Below, piece by piece: positions 1 to 12,748 of a stretch of 64,000 nt of DNA. The position numbers were made by a program, and so were the translations under genes. Within the stretch, counting starts at the first letter, position 1. Each line of letters begins with the position of its first letter. The DNA is from Eledone cirrhosa. Taxonomy: Eukaryota. The notes beneath the pieces were generated by a model that was not told the DNA's origin, searched no databases, and worked only from the letters and a program-made list of their open reading frames with translations. The stretch is taken from contig OZ024743.1 in assembly GCA_964016885.1 (NCBI GenBank), positions 250,294,001-250,358,000 of the forward strand. The letters run 5' to 3'.

Positions 1-923
1 TCCTTACTGTCGAAAGCATCAAGTAATATGCTTTGAAATTTATTTCTGGCTGTGGGGTCCTTTAGTTTCCATATTTTCCTCCTGAGGATAGTCCTCTTCT
101 GCTGTCGGGTGCGTCTCGTCCTGACTATGAGGTCGCTAATTATCAGTCTATGTTGGGAGGTGCATTCTTCATGGGGGAGGGATTTAGTGTTTACAACAGA
201 CACTCTGTCACGTCTTCTGGTAAGGATATAATCTACCTGGCTTGTGTGTTCCCCGGATCTATAGGTAATCAGGTGATTGTCACGTTTTTTGAAGTTAGTG
301 TTACAGATAGTTAGGTTATTTGCATCACAGTATTCCAGAATTCTGGAGCCTTCCTCATTTCTAGTACCAAACCCATAGCCTCCATGGATTTCGTCATAGC
401 CGTCACAATGTTGTCCAACGTGACCATTTAGGTCGCCTGCAATAATTATATAGTCACTGTCAGATATTTGGGAGGTAGTTAGCAACAGTGTCTCATAGAA
501 TCTGTCTTTTATAGTGCCGGGCAGTCCGGATTGGGGTGCGTACGCAGATATTACTGTCACCGTAGTTCTATTGAGGACAAGTCTTATTTTAATTATTCTG
601 TCGTTCACTCTATTTACGTCTATTATCTTATCTGCCCACTTTTCTGCTACCATGATTCCTACTCCACCCAGCCCATCGTCGTTTCCCACCCAGAAAAGCT
701 TATAACATCGTTTTTTACCCTCAATGAATCTAGCAGACCCACCCCTCCACCTGGTCTCTTGAATACAACAAACATCGACCTCCTTACGTTCAAGCATTTC
801 TACAACCTCGTTAGCGCGACCCTTTAGGGTGCCTACATTTATGGTACCAACTCTGAAGTTTTGGGTTGCGTTTGGAGGGTGGAGGTGGTGGGGGGCGGGA
901 GGAGATAGGGTTATGTTAGCCAT
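1..923 (-). CDS. RTE-clade LINE ORF, N-terminal APE (EEP) endonuclease domain; runs off the window start
   Basis: Manual minus-strand translation from ATG at 923: MANITL...FRVGTINVGTLKGRANEVVEMLERKEVDVCCIQETRW...SAYAPQ...IIAGDLNGHVG...ITYRSGEHTSQVDYIL...SQHRL. These are the canonical APE motifs, and I saw no stop before the window edge. About 45 bp of leader abuts (TA)n at 968. Confidence 0.93.
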   Translation of the reverse strand, partial: MANITLSPPAPHHLHPPNATQNFRVGTINVGTLKGRANEVVEMLERKEVDVCCIQETRWRGGSARFIEGKKRCYKLFWVGNDDGLGGVGIMVAEKWADKIIDVNRVNDRIIKIRLVLNRTTVTVISAYAPQSGLPGTIKDRFYETLLLTTSQISDSDYIIIAGDLNGHVGQHCDGYDEIHGGYGFGTRNEEGSRILEYCDANNLTICNTNFKKRDNHLITYRSGEHTSQVDYILTRRRDRVSVVNTKSLPHEECTSQHRLIISDLIVRTRRTRQQKRTILRRKIWKLKDPTARNKFQSILLDAFDSK

Positions 924-1226
924 CCGCGGACGAAACAAAGAGGAGTGCTCGCATTCTCGTCCACGAGTATATATATATATATATATATATATACAAAGTT
1001 TTCCCTGAGTTGGTTTTTTCGTTGTTCTGGTCCTGGCGGCTTGCTTTTCGGTCACTGGCTTCAAATTTGCATAGCTGTTTAAATGTAATGTTATAACTCT
1101 AAGGTAAATTCCTTATTGAGTGCTTTTGGCTGCACTTCCCGACAGCATTCATTAGCCTGCCTGCAATCAGAGCTTCGAGTATGCTGTACTACCTTCTTGT
1201 ATATATTTATATATATATACATATAT

Positions 1227-1561
1227 GCTTAGTGGTTAGAGCATTGGCCTTGCAATCAAAAGGTTGTGAGTTCAATTCTCAGACCGGGTGATGTGTTGTT
1301 TCCTTGAGCAAGGCACTTTATTTCACATTGCTCCAGTTTACTCAGCTGTAGAAATGAGATGATAGGGATTGGGGTCCCTATCATTCCACTGCAAAGTGGT
1401 CGTGGAGGTGCCACGGCAAAAAAGCACCCAGCACTCACTGTAAATGAGGTTGGTGTTAGGAAGGGCATCCAGCTGTAGAAATCAAGCCAGAATCAGTTCC
1501 CGTCCCACCCTTGCAAGCAGGGAAAAGTGGACGTAAATGAGATGATGATGATGATGATGAT
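1227..1561 (+). mobile_element. tRNA-derived SINE with RTE-derived 3' tail (family A)
   Basis: A-box-like GCTTAGTGGTTAGAGC, B-box-like GAGTTCAATTC, core TCCTTGAGCAAGGCACTTTATTTCAC, tail GTTAGGAAGGGCATCCAGCTGTAGAAA shared with the RTE 3' UTR at 28400-28450, ends in (GAT)n. Confidence 0.88.
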
Positions 1562-1788
1562 TATATATATGTATTATATATATATATGTGTGTATATTAT
1601 ATATTATATTTATTATTACTACTATTATTATTATTACTATTATATATTATATATATATATATATATATTTTATTATATATATATATAATATATATATAAT
1701 ATATATATATATATTATATATATATATATATATATTATTATTACTATATATATTATATATATATATATATATATTACATATATATAAG

Positions 1789-1863
<75 letters not shown>
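1562..1863. repeat. (TA)n / (TATTA)n microsatellite block; similar blocks at 2090-2626, 2808-2983, 12510-13022, 53110-53545 and elsewhere
   Basis: Directly visible low-complexity TA repeats. Confidence 0.97.
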
Positions 1864-1864
<1 letters not shown>

Positions 1865-2088
1865 GAAGGCGTGTGGCTGAGTGGTTAGAGAATTGGATTC
1901 ACAATCGTGAGGTTGAGAGTACAAACTCTGGACTGTGCGATGCGTTATGTCCTTGAGCAAGACACTTGATTTCATGTTGCTCCTTCTACCTGGAGTTGTT
2001 ACCGATAGATAGTATTAACAATTGGAAAGACCCATGGAAACATTGTTTCTTCGGTCCAATTTGACGAAAGTTGGTCGACTGTTGATAC
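1864..2088 (+). mobile_element. tRNA-derived SINE, same head/core as family A but a different tail (family B)
   Basis: GGCGTGTGGCTGAGTGGTTAGAG head, GTCCTTGAGCAAGACAC core, tail GGAAAGACCCATGGAAACATTGTTTC...GACGAAAG. Relatives at 39533-39747 (-) and 49195-49347 (+). Confidence 0.82.
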
Positions 2089-2573
2089 ATTATATATATA
2101 TATATTATATACATATTATATATATACAATATTATATTATATAAATGTATAATATATATTATATTATATTATATATATACTATATTATATTATATATATA
2201 CTATATTATATTATATACTATATTATATTATATATATATTATATTATATATATATATTATATTATATTATATATATACTATATTATATTATATACTATAT
2301 ATTATATATATACATATATATATGTAATATTATATATATATACATTATATTATATATATATACATTATATTATATATATATTATATTATATATATGTATA
2401 TATATATATAAATACATTATATTATATATATATTATATTATATATATATACATTATATTATATATATATTATATTATATATATATTATATATATTATATA
2501 TATATTATATTATATATATATATATTATATATATATATTATATATATATTATATTATATATATATATATTATA

Positions 2574-2611
<38 letters not shown>

Positions 2612-2626
2612 ATATATATATAATAT

Positions 2627-2807
2627 AATTGTTTCTACTTTAGGCACACGGCCAGCAATTACCCATTACATTACTGGTACTTTATTTTATCGACCCCGTA
2701 AGGATGAAAGGCAAAGTCAACCTCGGAGGGATTTGAACTCATAATGGAAAAGGCCGTAACTCTTTGCGTCAAAGCATGGCGTCCGACCCTCTACCAATAC
2801 TGCCAAC
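2627..2807 (-). mobile_element. SINE family C (~190 bp, central GCCTTTCATCCTTACGGGGTCGATAAAATAAAGTACCAG domain)
   Basis: Matches many other copies in the window, e.g. 10650-10828, 34501-34694, 47247-47433, 56795-57181. Confidence 0.88.
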
Positions 2808-2945
2808 TATATATAATGTTATATTATATATATTATGTTATATTATATATATTATATTATATTATATTATATATATTATGTTATATTATATATATATATT
2901 ATATTATATACATTATATTATATATATATATTATATTATATACAT

Positions 2946-2989
<44 letters not shown>

Positions 2990-3070
2990 AATCCTGCATA
3001 ATGGAGGCGAAAACAAATTATTTGCTTAAACATTTTATCTGTTCAAATAATAAATATATATATATATGTA

Positions 3071-3113
<43 letters not shown>

Positions 3114-3146
3114 TAATCATGGTTCATGAAGTTGTCTGAAGACTCA

Positions 3147-3177
<31 letters not shown>

Positions 3178-3180
3178 GTG

Positions 3181-3297
3181 TGTGAGTCTTCAGACAGAGG
3201 AGATGATGAAGGACCGCGATGAATGGAGAGATACTGTGCTGAAGAGAACCCATCCCACCCTTGCAATTAAGGAAAAGCACACTTAAAATGATGATGT
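3181..3297 (+). mobile_element. Short RTE 3'-end fragment
   Basis: Codes L-QTEEMMKDRDEWRDTVLKRTHP, typical of the RTE C-terminus, then the CCCACCCTTGCAA...AAATGATGATG tail. Confidence 0.65.
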
Positions 3298-3544
3298 GTT
3301 TGCTCATATATATATAATTGATAACATCTGTATTGAATTCTGTGTTCTTCGCCCCGACTGACACCAGTAAAGGAATTAAAATATACACACACATGTGCGT
3401 GTGCACGTTTATATATGTTTAGATTCATATGTATTTAATACAGAAAAAAGTGTATATTTAATCATGTTGAGAATGGTTTAATCATTAGTAATGCAGAGGA
3501 CACTGTTAAGTTAGTACATGAGATTCCCTTTAAATATTTTTTGG

Positions 3545-3740
3545 CGGAATTTCTTGGTACCTACCATTAGTGGTTGGTAGATACTAACCAGTTGTAGTGG
3601 TAGGTACCAATAGTGATGGTCAGTACCTGTTGTGGTGGTTGGTACCACTAGTAGTGATTGGTAGCACTAGAGGTGGCTAGAACCAAAAGTGGTGCTAGGT
3701 AGCACTAGTGGTACCAACAACCAGTAGTGATTGATACCAA
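3545..3740. repeat. Degenerate ~21-bp minisatellite (GTGGTAGGTACCANTAGTGAT-like)
   Basis: Recurring GGTAC/GGTAGCACTAG units with ~21-bp spacing. Confidence 0.6.
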
Positions 3741-3900
3741 CTAATTATTTGATAGACGTAAAATGTATTACCAAAAACATATATAGGTACTATATCACCT
3801 AATATATATATATATACAGACCTGTTGTAACTAATTATACTTAACTCGTTCTAGGGACTGAGTGATCTTACTCTTGGATATTTCTGCCAAACTTATGCTA

Positions 3901-3964
<64 letters not shown>

Positions 3965-3968
<4 letters not shown>

Positions 3969-4152
3969 TTAATATAGAAGAGATTCTACAGGACTAGAAC
4001 TGTTTCATTCATTAGAAATCATCACTGATGATTTCTAATGAATGAAACAGTTCTAGTCCTGTAGAATCTCTTCTATATTAAAACTGTTATACTCTGCCAT
4101 GTATTGAGTACCTTACTTACTGTGGTTACCTCCGATTCAACCCGGAATAACG
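3965..4152 (+). mobile_element. Short Penelope-type derivative: perfect fold-back palindrome with hammerhead core plus terminal segment, inside (TA)n
   Basis: Arms 3965-4024 and 4026-4085 are exact reverse complements. CTGATGA 4025-4031, GAAAC 4044-4048, GTC 4056-4058. The terminal segment TACTCTGCCATGTATTGAGTACCTTACTTACTGTGGTTA recurs at 12687-12750. Confidence 0.65.
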
Positions 4153-4183
<31 letters not shown>

Positions 4184-4596
4184 CTTATACACACACTCAT
4201 CGTTTATACATACACAACATATATACATGCATACACAACATTTGTTCACACACTCACTTACATAAACGACCACAAACACATACACACATGTACAGACTGT
4301 GAGGTATACACTAACACACACCTAGACAGATCGATAATCAATGATACACACACACATATGTACACATACACACACACATACATCTGCCAAGCTATAAACA
4401 TAGCTAATCACATATCATGAGAATATATATATATCTATAGATACACATATTATATCTATCCATATATATATATATATATATGCTCTTATCAAAAAAACTG
4501 TACAGGCTTAAATCAGTTTGTATGTGTATGTATTAACTATGCATGTATGTATGTGTTTATATGTATATACATGTGTATGCATTGATCTATTTAAGG

Positions 4597-4975
4597 CTAC
4601 ATGCATGGCTGAGTTATTATAAAGTTTGTTTCTCAATCGTGAGACCCCTGGTTTAACCCCTGGCACAGTCTCAAGTAAATGCTTTTTTTTTTAATTTTAC
4701 CAGAGCCTTGGTTCAACCTAAGCCTTATGAGTGAAACTGGGCAGACAGAATTTATATGGAAGCCTGTCAGATAGATTGTGCCTGTAACTGAGTAAAAGGG
4801 TCAGCCTTCTCACATATTGTTTCATACTGATTTGGCCTGAGAACTGCATCTATGTTACACATGTGTGTGAAATACTCAGCCACTTCTAGATTAGTTTAAT
4901 AAATAGTTAATTCAGTAATTCTGTTGATTAAACAACTGAATGCTCATCATGAAAACTGGCAGAGCATCCATCATC
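4597..4975 (+). mobile_element. tRNA-derived SINE family D (decayed); other copies at 5925-6087 (-) and 22195-22360 (+)
   Basis: GCATGGCTGAGT head, GGTTCAGTCC-like B box in the relatives, AAGCCTTATGAGTGAAACTGGGCAGACAGAA...GAAGCCTGTC body shared among the copies. Confidence 0.65.
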
Positions 4976-5053
4976 ATAATTTATCGAATATTTTTATTTG
5001 TGTTTGTCTTCCAGAAGGGAAACAATGATCCAGCTGTTTATATATATATATAT

Positions 5054-5088
<35 letters not shown>

Positions 5089-5269
5089 TCGTGGCATGAT
5101 GTTTCAGTACCATAGGACAGTGTGTGGTATGATGCTGCAGTACCATACATTGCATGAAGCACCTCGTGATATTATGATTTCATCAACCTATTAATACATA
5201 TACATATATATATATATATTAGTATTTAAATATACTGTATGAGTTATGAAAGTGCTGAGGTGAGTTTGA

Positions 5270-5509
5270 AATTTGAAAATGTGGGGGTCCCAAATGCATA
5301 AAATAATTGTAATAACAGTCGATCACTCTAGATAATAGTTGAGACAATTGGGTAAATTACTTTTAGAGATGCAAAAGGGGGACAGAGGAACCTACTTGTC
5401 TACTTTATGCCATTTCTAAGAGTAACTTACCCAAATTCCTCAACTAGAGTCATCAACTCTTAATACAGTTATTTTTTTGTGTTTGGGACTCTCGTGTTTT
5501 CAAAATTTA
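5270..5509. mobile_element. Fold-back MITE (long imperfect inverted repeat)
   Basis: Left arm AAATTTGAAAATGTGGGGGTCCCAAA...AGTTGAGACAATTGGGTAAATTACTTTTAGAGATG pairs with right arm CATTTCTAAGAGTAACTTACCCAAATTCCTCAACT...TTTGGGACTCTCGTGTTTTCAAAATTT. Confidence 0.75.
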
Positions 5510-5810
5510 GGATTTCTAAATGTGCATTGTAAAAACATGCAGCAAGGTGATCAGGGTGTTGGGCACACGATCACAAAATCATGGGTTCAATTCACAGAAC
5601 AGGTGATGCGTTGTGTCCTTGGGCAAGGCCTGTCATTTCACATTGTTCTTCTCAGCTGACACTTATTTTCTCAGAACTGCTACTTATTTTATATATTGCT
5701 TTTTGTCAAACCACTAACTTTCGGGAATAAACAAAAAGTAAACAGACTCACCCACACATGCACACACACATATATACACATACACAAAGACATATATATG
5801 TATATATATA

Positions 5811-5870
5811 TACACACTTCAACAGCATTCTAATAAAAGTGTGTATATATTTTTGGGGACACCCTGTGTA
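5811..5870 (-). mobile_element. Tc1/mariner-like terminal inverted repeat remnant
   Basis: Minus strand reads TACACAGGGTGTCCCCAAAAA..., resembling CAGGGTGTCCC-type mariner ends in a TA context. Confidence 0.5.
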
Positions 5871-6753
5871 TGTATATATATACATATAGAGAGAGAGAGA
5901 TAGATAGATAGCTAGATAGATTATATAGCAGGCTTTTGTACAGTTTCTATCTATCAAGCTATTGGTGGTCCCAAGGATATAATAGAAAACACTTGTCCAA
6001 GATGCCATGCCATAGAGTGGGATTGAGCCACAAACCACATGGTTAGGAAGTGAGCTCTCTAACCAGAGAGCTATGCCTGTACCCATGTATATTTGCAATT
6101 TTCATTTAGAATTACCCCAATTCAATTAAGTGAAACAAATTAAAATAAAATTATATTGTAAACAATCATAATAATTATTTTGACAATTTAAATAAAAATT
6201 TAAATATAAAAGAATCAATTAATGACATTTCTTACCTTTTCAGTATTTAAAAAAAAATGAATTGAATTAAATTTTATTTTTAAGATTTCCCCTGCTTTTT
6301 ATGTAATCCAAGAAGTTATCCTTTTATCTCGTGAAAAATTTCACCTGTGAATATTTCAGGTAAATTTTCTTTTTCCTGTTAAGGTAAAATGATTCCACTC
6401 TGCTGGTAACACCAATTTGTAGAAATAATTTACAATATCAACAACAATAAGAATTCAATACTGTTGCTTTTTTTTTTAGTTTATTTTTAAACGATTTTCT
6501 TTAAATATATTTTTATTTATTTTTCATTTATATATTTATTTACTTTTCATTTGACTTGCTTTTCAAGTATATTTGTATGTGCAAGCATATTAATATATAT
6601 ATATTAGAGGGAGGGTGAGAGAGAGGGGGAGGGAGCTAAATATATATGTGTGTATAGATTTATGTATAATGCGCATACATGTTTCAAATATTTATTTGAA
6701 TGTAAAACAGAAAACACACACACACTCAAAAGAACACACACACATACACATAC

Positions 6754-6862
<109 letters not shown>

Positions 6863-7339
6863 TTAAATTCAAGCAACAAACTTGGATGCTGAAAAGCTGT
6901 TATTTTTGTTGTTGCTGTTGTTATTTTTAGATCTTCAAAATGTTAAACCAGAGAGATTGTTACATCTAAAAGGAAAAATTGACTGAGAGGACGAATATAA
7001 ACTATCCACAAACATTGTGAAAGTAGAATGAGGTAAAGCTCTATTAGGACACCACACATGTATATTATATATATAATATATATATATATAAAAAGATAAA
7101 TATGAGTTGAGGATTTAAAAAGTATTCAAGGAGGGAGAGAGAGAGAATGATTGGCTTCTGAAGAGAATCAGTATTAGTATGTGAGAGAGAGAGAGTGTGA
7201 GTGTTATGGGGAACAGAGAATGAAGGAGAGACAGAGAGGGGGAGAGCAAGAGAGTTGGAGATGGGTGGAATAATAAGAGAGAGAGATGGTGGGAGAAAGA
7301 AAGTAAGAGATGGTGGGAGTTAAGAGAGAGGGAGAAAGA

Positions 7340-7545
7340 GTTGTGTTTATGCCTTTGTGTGTATGTGTGTTTGTGTGTGTATTCCTGTGTGTTTGTGTTT
7401 GTGTGTGTGTGTGTGTGTATTTCTGTGTGTGTGTGTGTGTGTGTATTCCTGTGTGTGTGTTTGTGTTTGTATTTCTGTGTGTTTGTGTATGTGTGTGTGT
7501 GTATTTCTGTGCTTGTCTGTGAGTGAGTGTTTATGTGTGTATTTC

Positions 7546-7589
<44 letters not shown>

Positions 7590-7607
7590 TGTGTGTATTT
7601 CTGTGTT

Positions 7608-7667
<60 letters not shown>

Positions 7668-7692
7668 GTGTGTGTTTGTGTGTTTGTGTGTG
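7340..7692. repeat. (GT)n compound microsatellite with GTATTTCT/GTATTCCT spacers
   Basis: Directly visible. Confidence 0.95.
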
Positions 7693-8273
7693 CGTTCAGT
7701 GAAAGTAGCTGCAGAGGAAGTAGAAAGCAGTGTATGTCTGTGTTGGTGTGTGTGTGACAGATGCAGGGTGCTGAGTGGAGGAAATAAAGTTACCTCAATA
7801 AGTATAGTAGCGGTGGGGGTGTACTGCAAGAGAGATAGAGGTTAGAGTAATAGAGAGATAAACAGTGGGAGATAGAGAAGCTGTGAGAGAGAGAGAGAAG
7901 CAAAGAGAGAAAGAGAGGCAGAGAGATGGGAGCTTATTCCATAGGAAAGACCAGTTTCACTTTAGATGGAGGGAATCAGGGGATGGGGTGTTGGTGTATG
8001 GGGGTTGGATGGTTTGTTAGCTGGCTGGATGGCTGGTTGGATGGCTGGATGGATGGTTGTAGGGTTAGATGGATCAATGGTTGGTTGGTTAGTTGGATAG
8101 ATCGATAGAGGGCTGGCTGGATGAATGGTTGAACAATTGGTTGGATGAATGGATGCTAGCCCAAGTAGGCTCAGCTGGTTCTGGACCGGTCAAGACTGGT
8201 TCAATAACTGGTTGGATGGTTTATCTCATCCTCTCCACTGGTAGATGTAGTGGGTGATGGGGTGATGGTCTAG

Positions 8274-9141
8274 ATGGTGGTGGTGGTGGTGGTGGTGGTG
8301 GTGGTGATGATGGTGGTGGTGGTGGTGGTGATGGTGATGGGTGATTGTGGTGATATCAGTTGTAGTGATGGTGGTGGCGGTGGCGGTGGTGGTGGTGGTG
8401 GTGGTGGTGGTGAGGTGGTGGTGGTGGGTGATTGTGGTGATGTCAGTGATAGTGATGGTTATGGTGGCGGCGGTGGTGGTGATGGTGGTGGTGATGGTGG
8501 GGGTGGTTGTGGTGGTGGTGGTGGTGGTGGTGATGATGGTGATGTCAATGGTAGTGATGGTGGTGGTTGTGATGGTGATGGGTGATTGTGGTGATGTCAG
8601 TGGTAGCGATGGTGATGGTCGAGATGGTGATGGTGGTGATGATGGTGATGGTGGCGGTGGTGGTGGTGGTGATGATGGTGATGGTGGCGGCGGTGGTGGT
8701 GATGGTGGCAGTGGCGGTGGTGATGGTGATGATGGTAATAGGTGATTATGGTAATGTCAGTGGTAGCGATGGTGGTGGTGATGGTCGTGGTGGTGGTGGT
8801 GGTGGTGGTGGTGGTGATGGTGGTGATGGTGGTGATGGCGGCGGCGGTGGTGGTGATGATGGTGGTGAAGTTGGGGGTGGTTGTGGTCGTGGTGATGGTG
8901 GTGATGGTGGGGGGGGGGGGTGATGGTGGTGATGGTGGTGATGGTGGGAGTGATGGCGGTGGTGATGATGGCGATGGTGGTGGTTGTGATGGTGGTGGTG
9001 GTGGTGGTGGTTGTGATTGGTGATTGTGGTGATGTCAGTGGTAGTGATGATGGTGGCGGTGGTGATGATGATGGTGGTGTTGGTGGTGATGGTGGAGGGA
9101 TGGTGGTGGTGGTTATGGTGAGGGTGATGATGGTGGTGGTG
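8274..9141. repeat. (GGT/GAT)n triplet region with a higher-order unit GGTGATTGTGGTGATGTCAGTGGTAG
   Basis: The anchor unit recurs at about 8340, 8427, 8581, 8741 and 9019. Confidence 0.9.
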
Positions 9142-10489
9142 GAATCAAAGACTTTCTCAGTCACTATCACCAGAGGAGGAGGAACCAGCACTAACAAAGT
9201 CTACATGTGGGTGTAAGTGTATGCACATGTGGGTGTACACGTAAGAGTGTATGTGTGTTTAAATGTGTGTGTGTACATTTATTTGTGTATGTGTATGTGA
9301 ATGTGTCTGTGTGCCAGAGTTACTATTGTATTAATGAATGGATGGACACTTCTGTTGCTACCATCCCACTACCACAGCCACCATCACTACCACTACAATC
9401 ATCATCATCACTAACATAGCCACCATAACCACCATCATCATCACAACCATCGCCACCATCGTCATCATCATCATCATCATCATCATCACCATCATCGTCG
9501 TCGTTACTATCATCACAATTATCATCATCATCATCACTGCTGATACACAATACTACTGGTGACAGGGCTATGGTGATAGTGGGGACACTAGTGCAGATGA
9601 GGAAGAGAAGGAGATAACTGATGAGGGAGGAGGAGGAGGAGTAGGTGGTGGTAGTGGTAGGAGAAGTGGAATCAACATCATTAAGGCAGAGTAGTGGAGG
9701 ATAGGGAGGAGGGGGAGAATTGCTGAAAGGGGACAGAGGAGAGTAATGGGATATTTGGGAGGAGAGCAAGGAAAAGAAGTAGGACTGGGAAGGGAGAGGG
9801 AAAAGAGAGTAAAGGAGAAAGAAAGATAGAAAGGGAGGGAAAGTAAGAGAGAGAGAAGGGAGAGGGGGAAGAGAAGGAGAGAAAGAGATAGGGAGAAAAG
9901 TGGGAGAGCAAGAGAGAGAATGGAGAGGGTGGGAAAGGGGGATAATAGGTGAGGGACGGGGAATTTAGAGTAAGAGAGAGAAGGGGAGGAAGAGAAGGAG
10001 AGGGGGGAGGAAGAGAAAGAAGAGAAGTGGAGAAAGGGGAAGGAAAACTGATAATAAAAAGAAAATTGCCATTGTTGTTGCTGTTGTTGTTTGGAACCAG
10101 GTCAGACTTGGTCAAAGCCTATCTATCATCAAAGACATTCCAGTTATGGCCATCCTGTCTTTATCCCTATATACAGGAGACTCAAGACCACATAATCAAA
10201 CATGTTCCTTTTCTAAGATGGTGTAGAGAAGTGAAGGAGAAATTATTTGAGGAAAATTTGGCTGCTATTGTTTGCTGCTCAAGTAGCAATATAGAGGCTC
10301 TGTATAGGCTTCGGTGTTGTTATTGTTGTTGTTTAACCCCAGGTGAGCAGACTTATGGTCATTCCAGCTATGACCATCCTATCTTTATACTTATATAGAG
10401 GTGACCCAAAATCACATTATCAAATGCAACCTTTATCAGAGAGTGCAGAGAGATGAAAAGGCCCTGTGCACTTAAAATATTATGGTGTT

Positions 10490-11345
10490 CTCCGTATATA
10501 AAGTTTGCAATAAAATTGTTTTGGGAATGACAAACACAGTGGACTCTGCATGTGAGTGGAGTTTCACTGAAGCAGGTGGAGAAGTTCAAGTATCTTAAAG
10601 ATGTTTTCATGAATGATGAAGACAGCTCAGTACTGGAGCTGGTGTAATAACTGTTTCTACTTTAGGCACAAGGCCAACAATTATCCCAGTGTATTACTGG
10701 TACTATATATTATCGACCCCCGTAAGGATGAAAAGCAAAGTTAATCTCGGCAGGATTTGAACTCAGACCGTAAAGGGGCGTAACTCTATGCTGCAAAGCA
10801 TGACACCTGACCCTCTACTGATACTGCCTGTAATAATGTGCCAGCTTCAGTGCTCAGTCATCAGAAGAATGGAGGTGAATGTAAAAGCCAAACTTGCCAT
10901 CTTAAATTCAGTTTTTGTACCTAACCTTAAATATTGTCATGAATCTTGGATAACGACTGAAAGAATATGATCAAGAATACAAGTGGCCAAAATAGGGTTC
11001 CTCTGAAGGGTCTTTGGAGTAATGTTATTTGATAGGATGTGTAGCTCAGAGATCTGAGTAAAGATAAAGCTACTACTTCTTTGTATTGAGAGATCACAGC
11101 TCTGGTACTACGGACAAAGGTTTAGATAAGGAAATAAATGCTGGACAGATTTTACAGGTAAAGCCAACCAACTGGAGATTCAGAGGCAGACCATAAGCAA
11201 GATTGTTGAATAACATTCATAAGCTTGGTTGGTCTTATTTGGGGATCTATCCAGAGCATTTTGAGATGGTTGCTTATGATAGGACTCTCTGCGGTGCATA
11301 GTTGCCAAGTTTCCATATGCCTGTCAAGAAGAAGAAGAAGAAGAA
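10490..11345 (+). pseudogene. Decayed RTE (Expander/Rex3-like) RT C-terminal region, interrupted by a family C SINE at 10650-10828 (-)
   Basis: Residual peptides VSLKQVEKFKYL, KAKLAILNSVFVPNLKYCHESW, IERSQLWYYG, RFRGRP, with many stops. Confidence 0.75.
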
Positions 11346-12503
11346 TGCCCCTTTTCCCTTGATGTCATATTTTGCCTATTTTATTTAATGGTAAATCCAG
11401 CCCGGGAGGGGGATAGGATGATTTGAGGGATATTTGGCTGCTATTGCTAGCTAATCCAGCAACCATATTGCCGTGTATGTTGTTGTTGTTGTTTAAAGAC
11501 CTTCCATTCATGCTCATATTGCCTTTATCCCTAATTTGATGGCTGCAGCTTGAAAAAGTCAATCTCCCCAATTCTCTTTTTAAGTCAGGTTAAGGGTTGG
11601 GATATATGGATGATGTCTGAGGTAGGGATTTTGAGGGATGTCTTAGCTCTAACATAAACATTTAATTCATGATTGGCCCGGTTTTTACAAATGTAGTTTT
11701 TACAAATTTGGAATTTGATGGTCTTGTACACTGCAGGCTTTGTTTATTGTTGGCTTTGTTTTCCAAGTGCTTTGTTAACACACAGGGCTATTGATGATTG
11801 CTTGCATTTGTTCTGTATATGTATATAGTATATATATATATGTGTAGTATAGGTGTATGTATATTTGAGGTAGTTATCAAAAGTAAATAGACTGGTTAGA
11901 GCAATAGCAATCTTGTTTACGTATATAAAGGGGACCCACAGTCATATTATCCAATTCGATTTTTCCTGAGAATGATTTCAAAGAAATTTTGGCTATTATG
12001 TTTAGCAGGTCTAGTGACAACATATAGAAAACCCTTCTTTGGTTCGATAAAAATTCAACAAAAGGAGCTGGTTGGTGGTTGATAAGTTGGGAGTAGGTGT
12101 GTTCAGATCCCTGGAGAGGTAAAACATGGACAATATCCATAATATAAGCAGTAGAGGGGGAAATCCATGGAAATTGGGAAAAAAGCTATCATCATCATTA
12201 TCCTTATTGTCATCATCACCATAATTATCATCATAACATCATCATCATTATTATCATTATCGTCATCTTTATCATCATCACCATCATTACTGTTATAATC
12301 ACCCTTATTATCATCATCAATATATTCATCATCCTCATCATGGCTGTCATTATTATCAACACCACCACCATCTTCCTCATCTTCATCATCACCTCAACCA
12401 TCATCATCATCATCCTAATCAACACCATCTCCATCATTACTATCTTTACCAATTTCAGTTACTTGGAGAAACATATATGATGATGATGTTGATGATATAT
12501 GTA

Positions 12504-12568
<65 letters not shown>

Positions 12569-12616
12569 GGAATACTGTTGGCTGTTTGCTACAATATTTT
12601 CTATACCTTTCATTTA

Positions 12617-12654
<38 letters not shown>

Positions 12655-12659
<5 letters not shown>

Positions 12660-12748
12660 GCTCCTTCTATAAAATAAAAATTTTTTACTCTGCCATGTAT
12701 TGAGTACCTTACTTACTGTGGTTATCCCCGACTCAACCCGGGACCTAC

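Noticed and set aside
1588-3111. Ile/Tyr-rich ORFs, and all similar YI, CV and HT ORFs across the window
   Set aside because: They are translations of (TA)n, (GT)n and (CA)n microsatellites, which lack stops in some frames. There is no domain content.
8274-9216. Gly/Asp-rich and Val/Met-rich ORFs
   Set aside because: (GGT/GAT)n repeat that is open in several frames at once.
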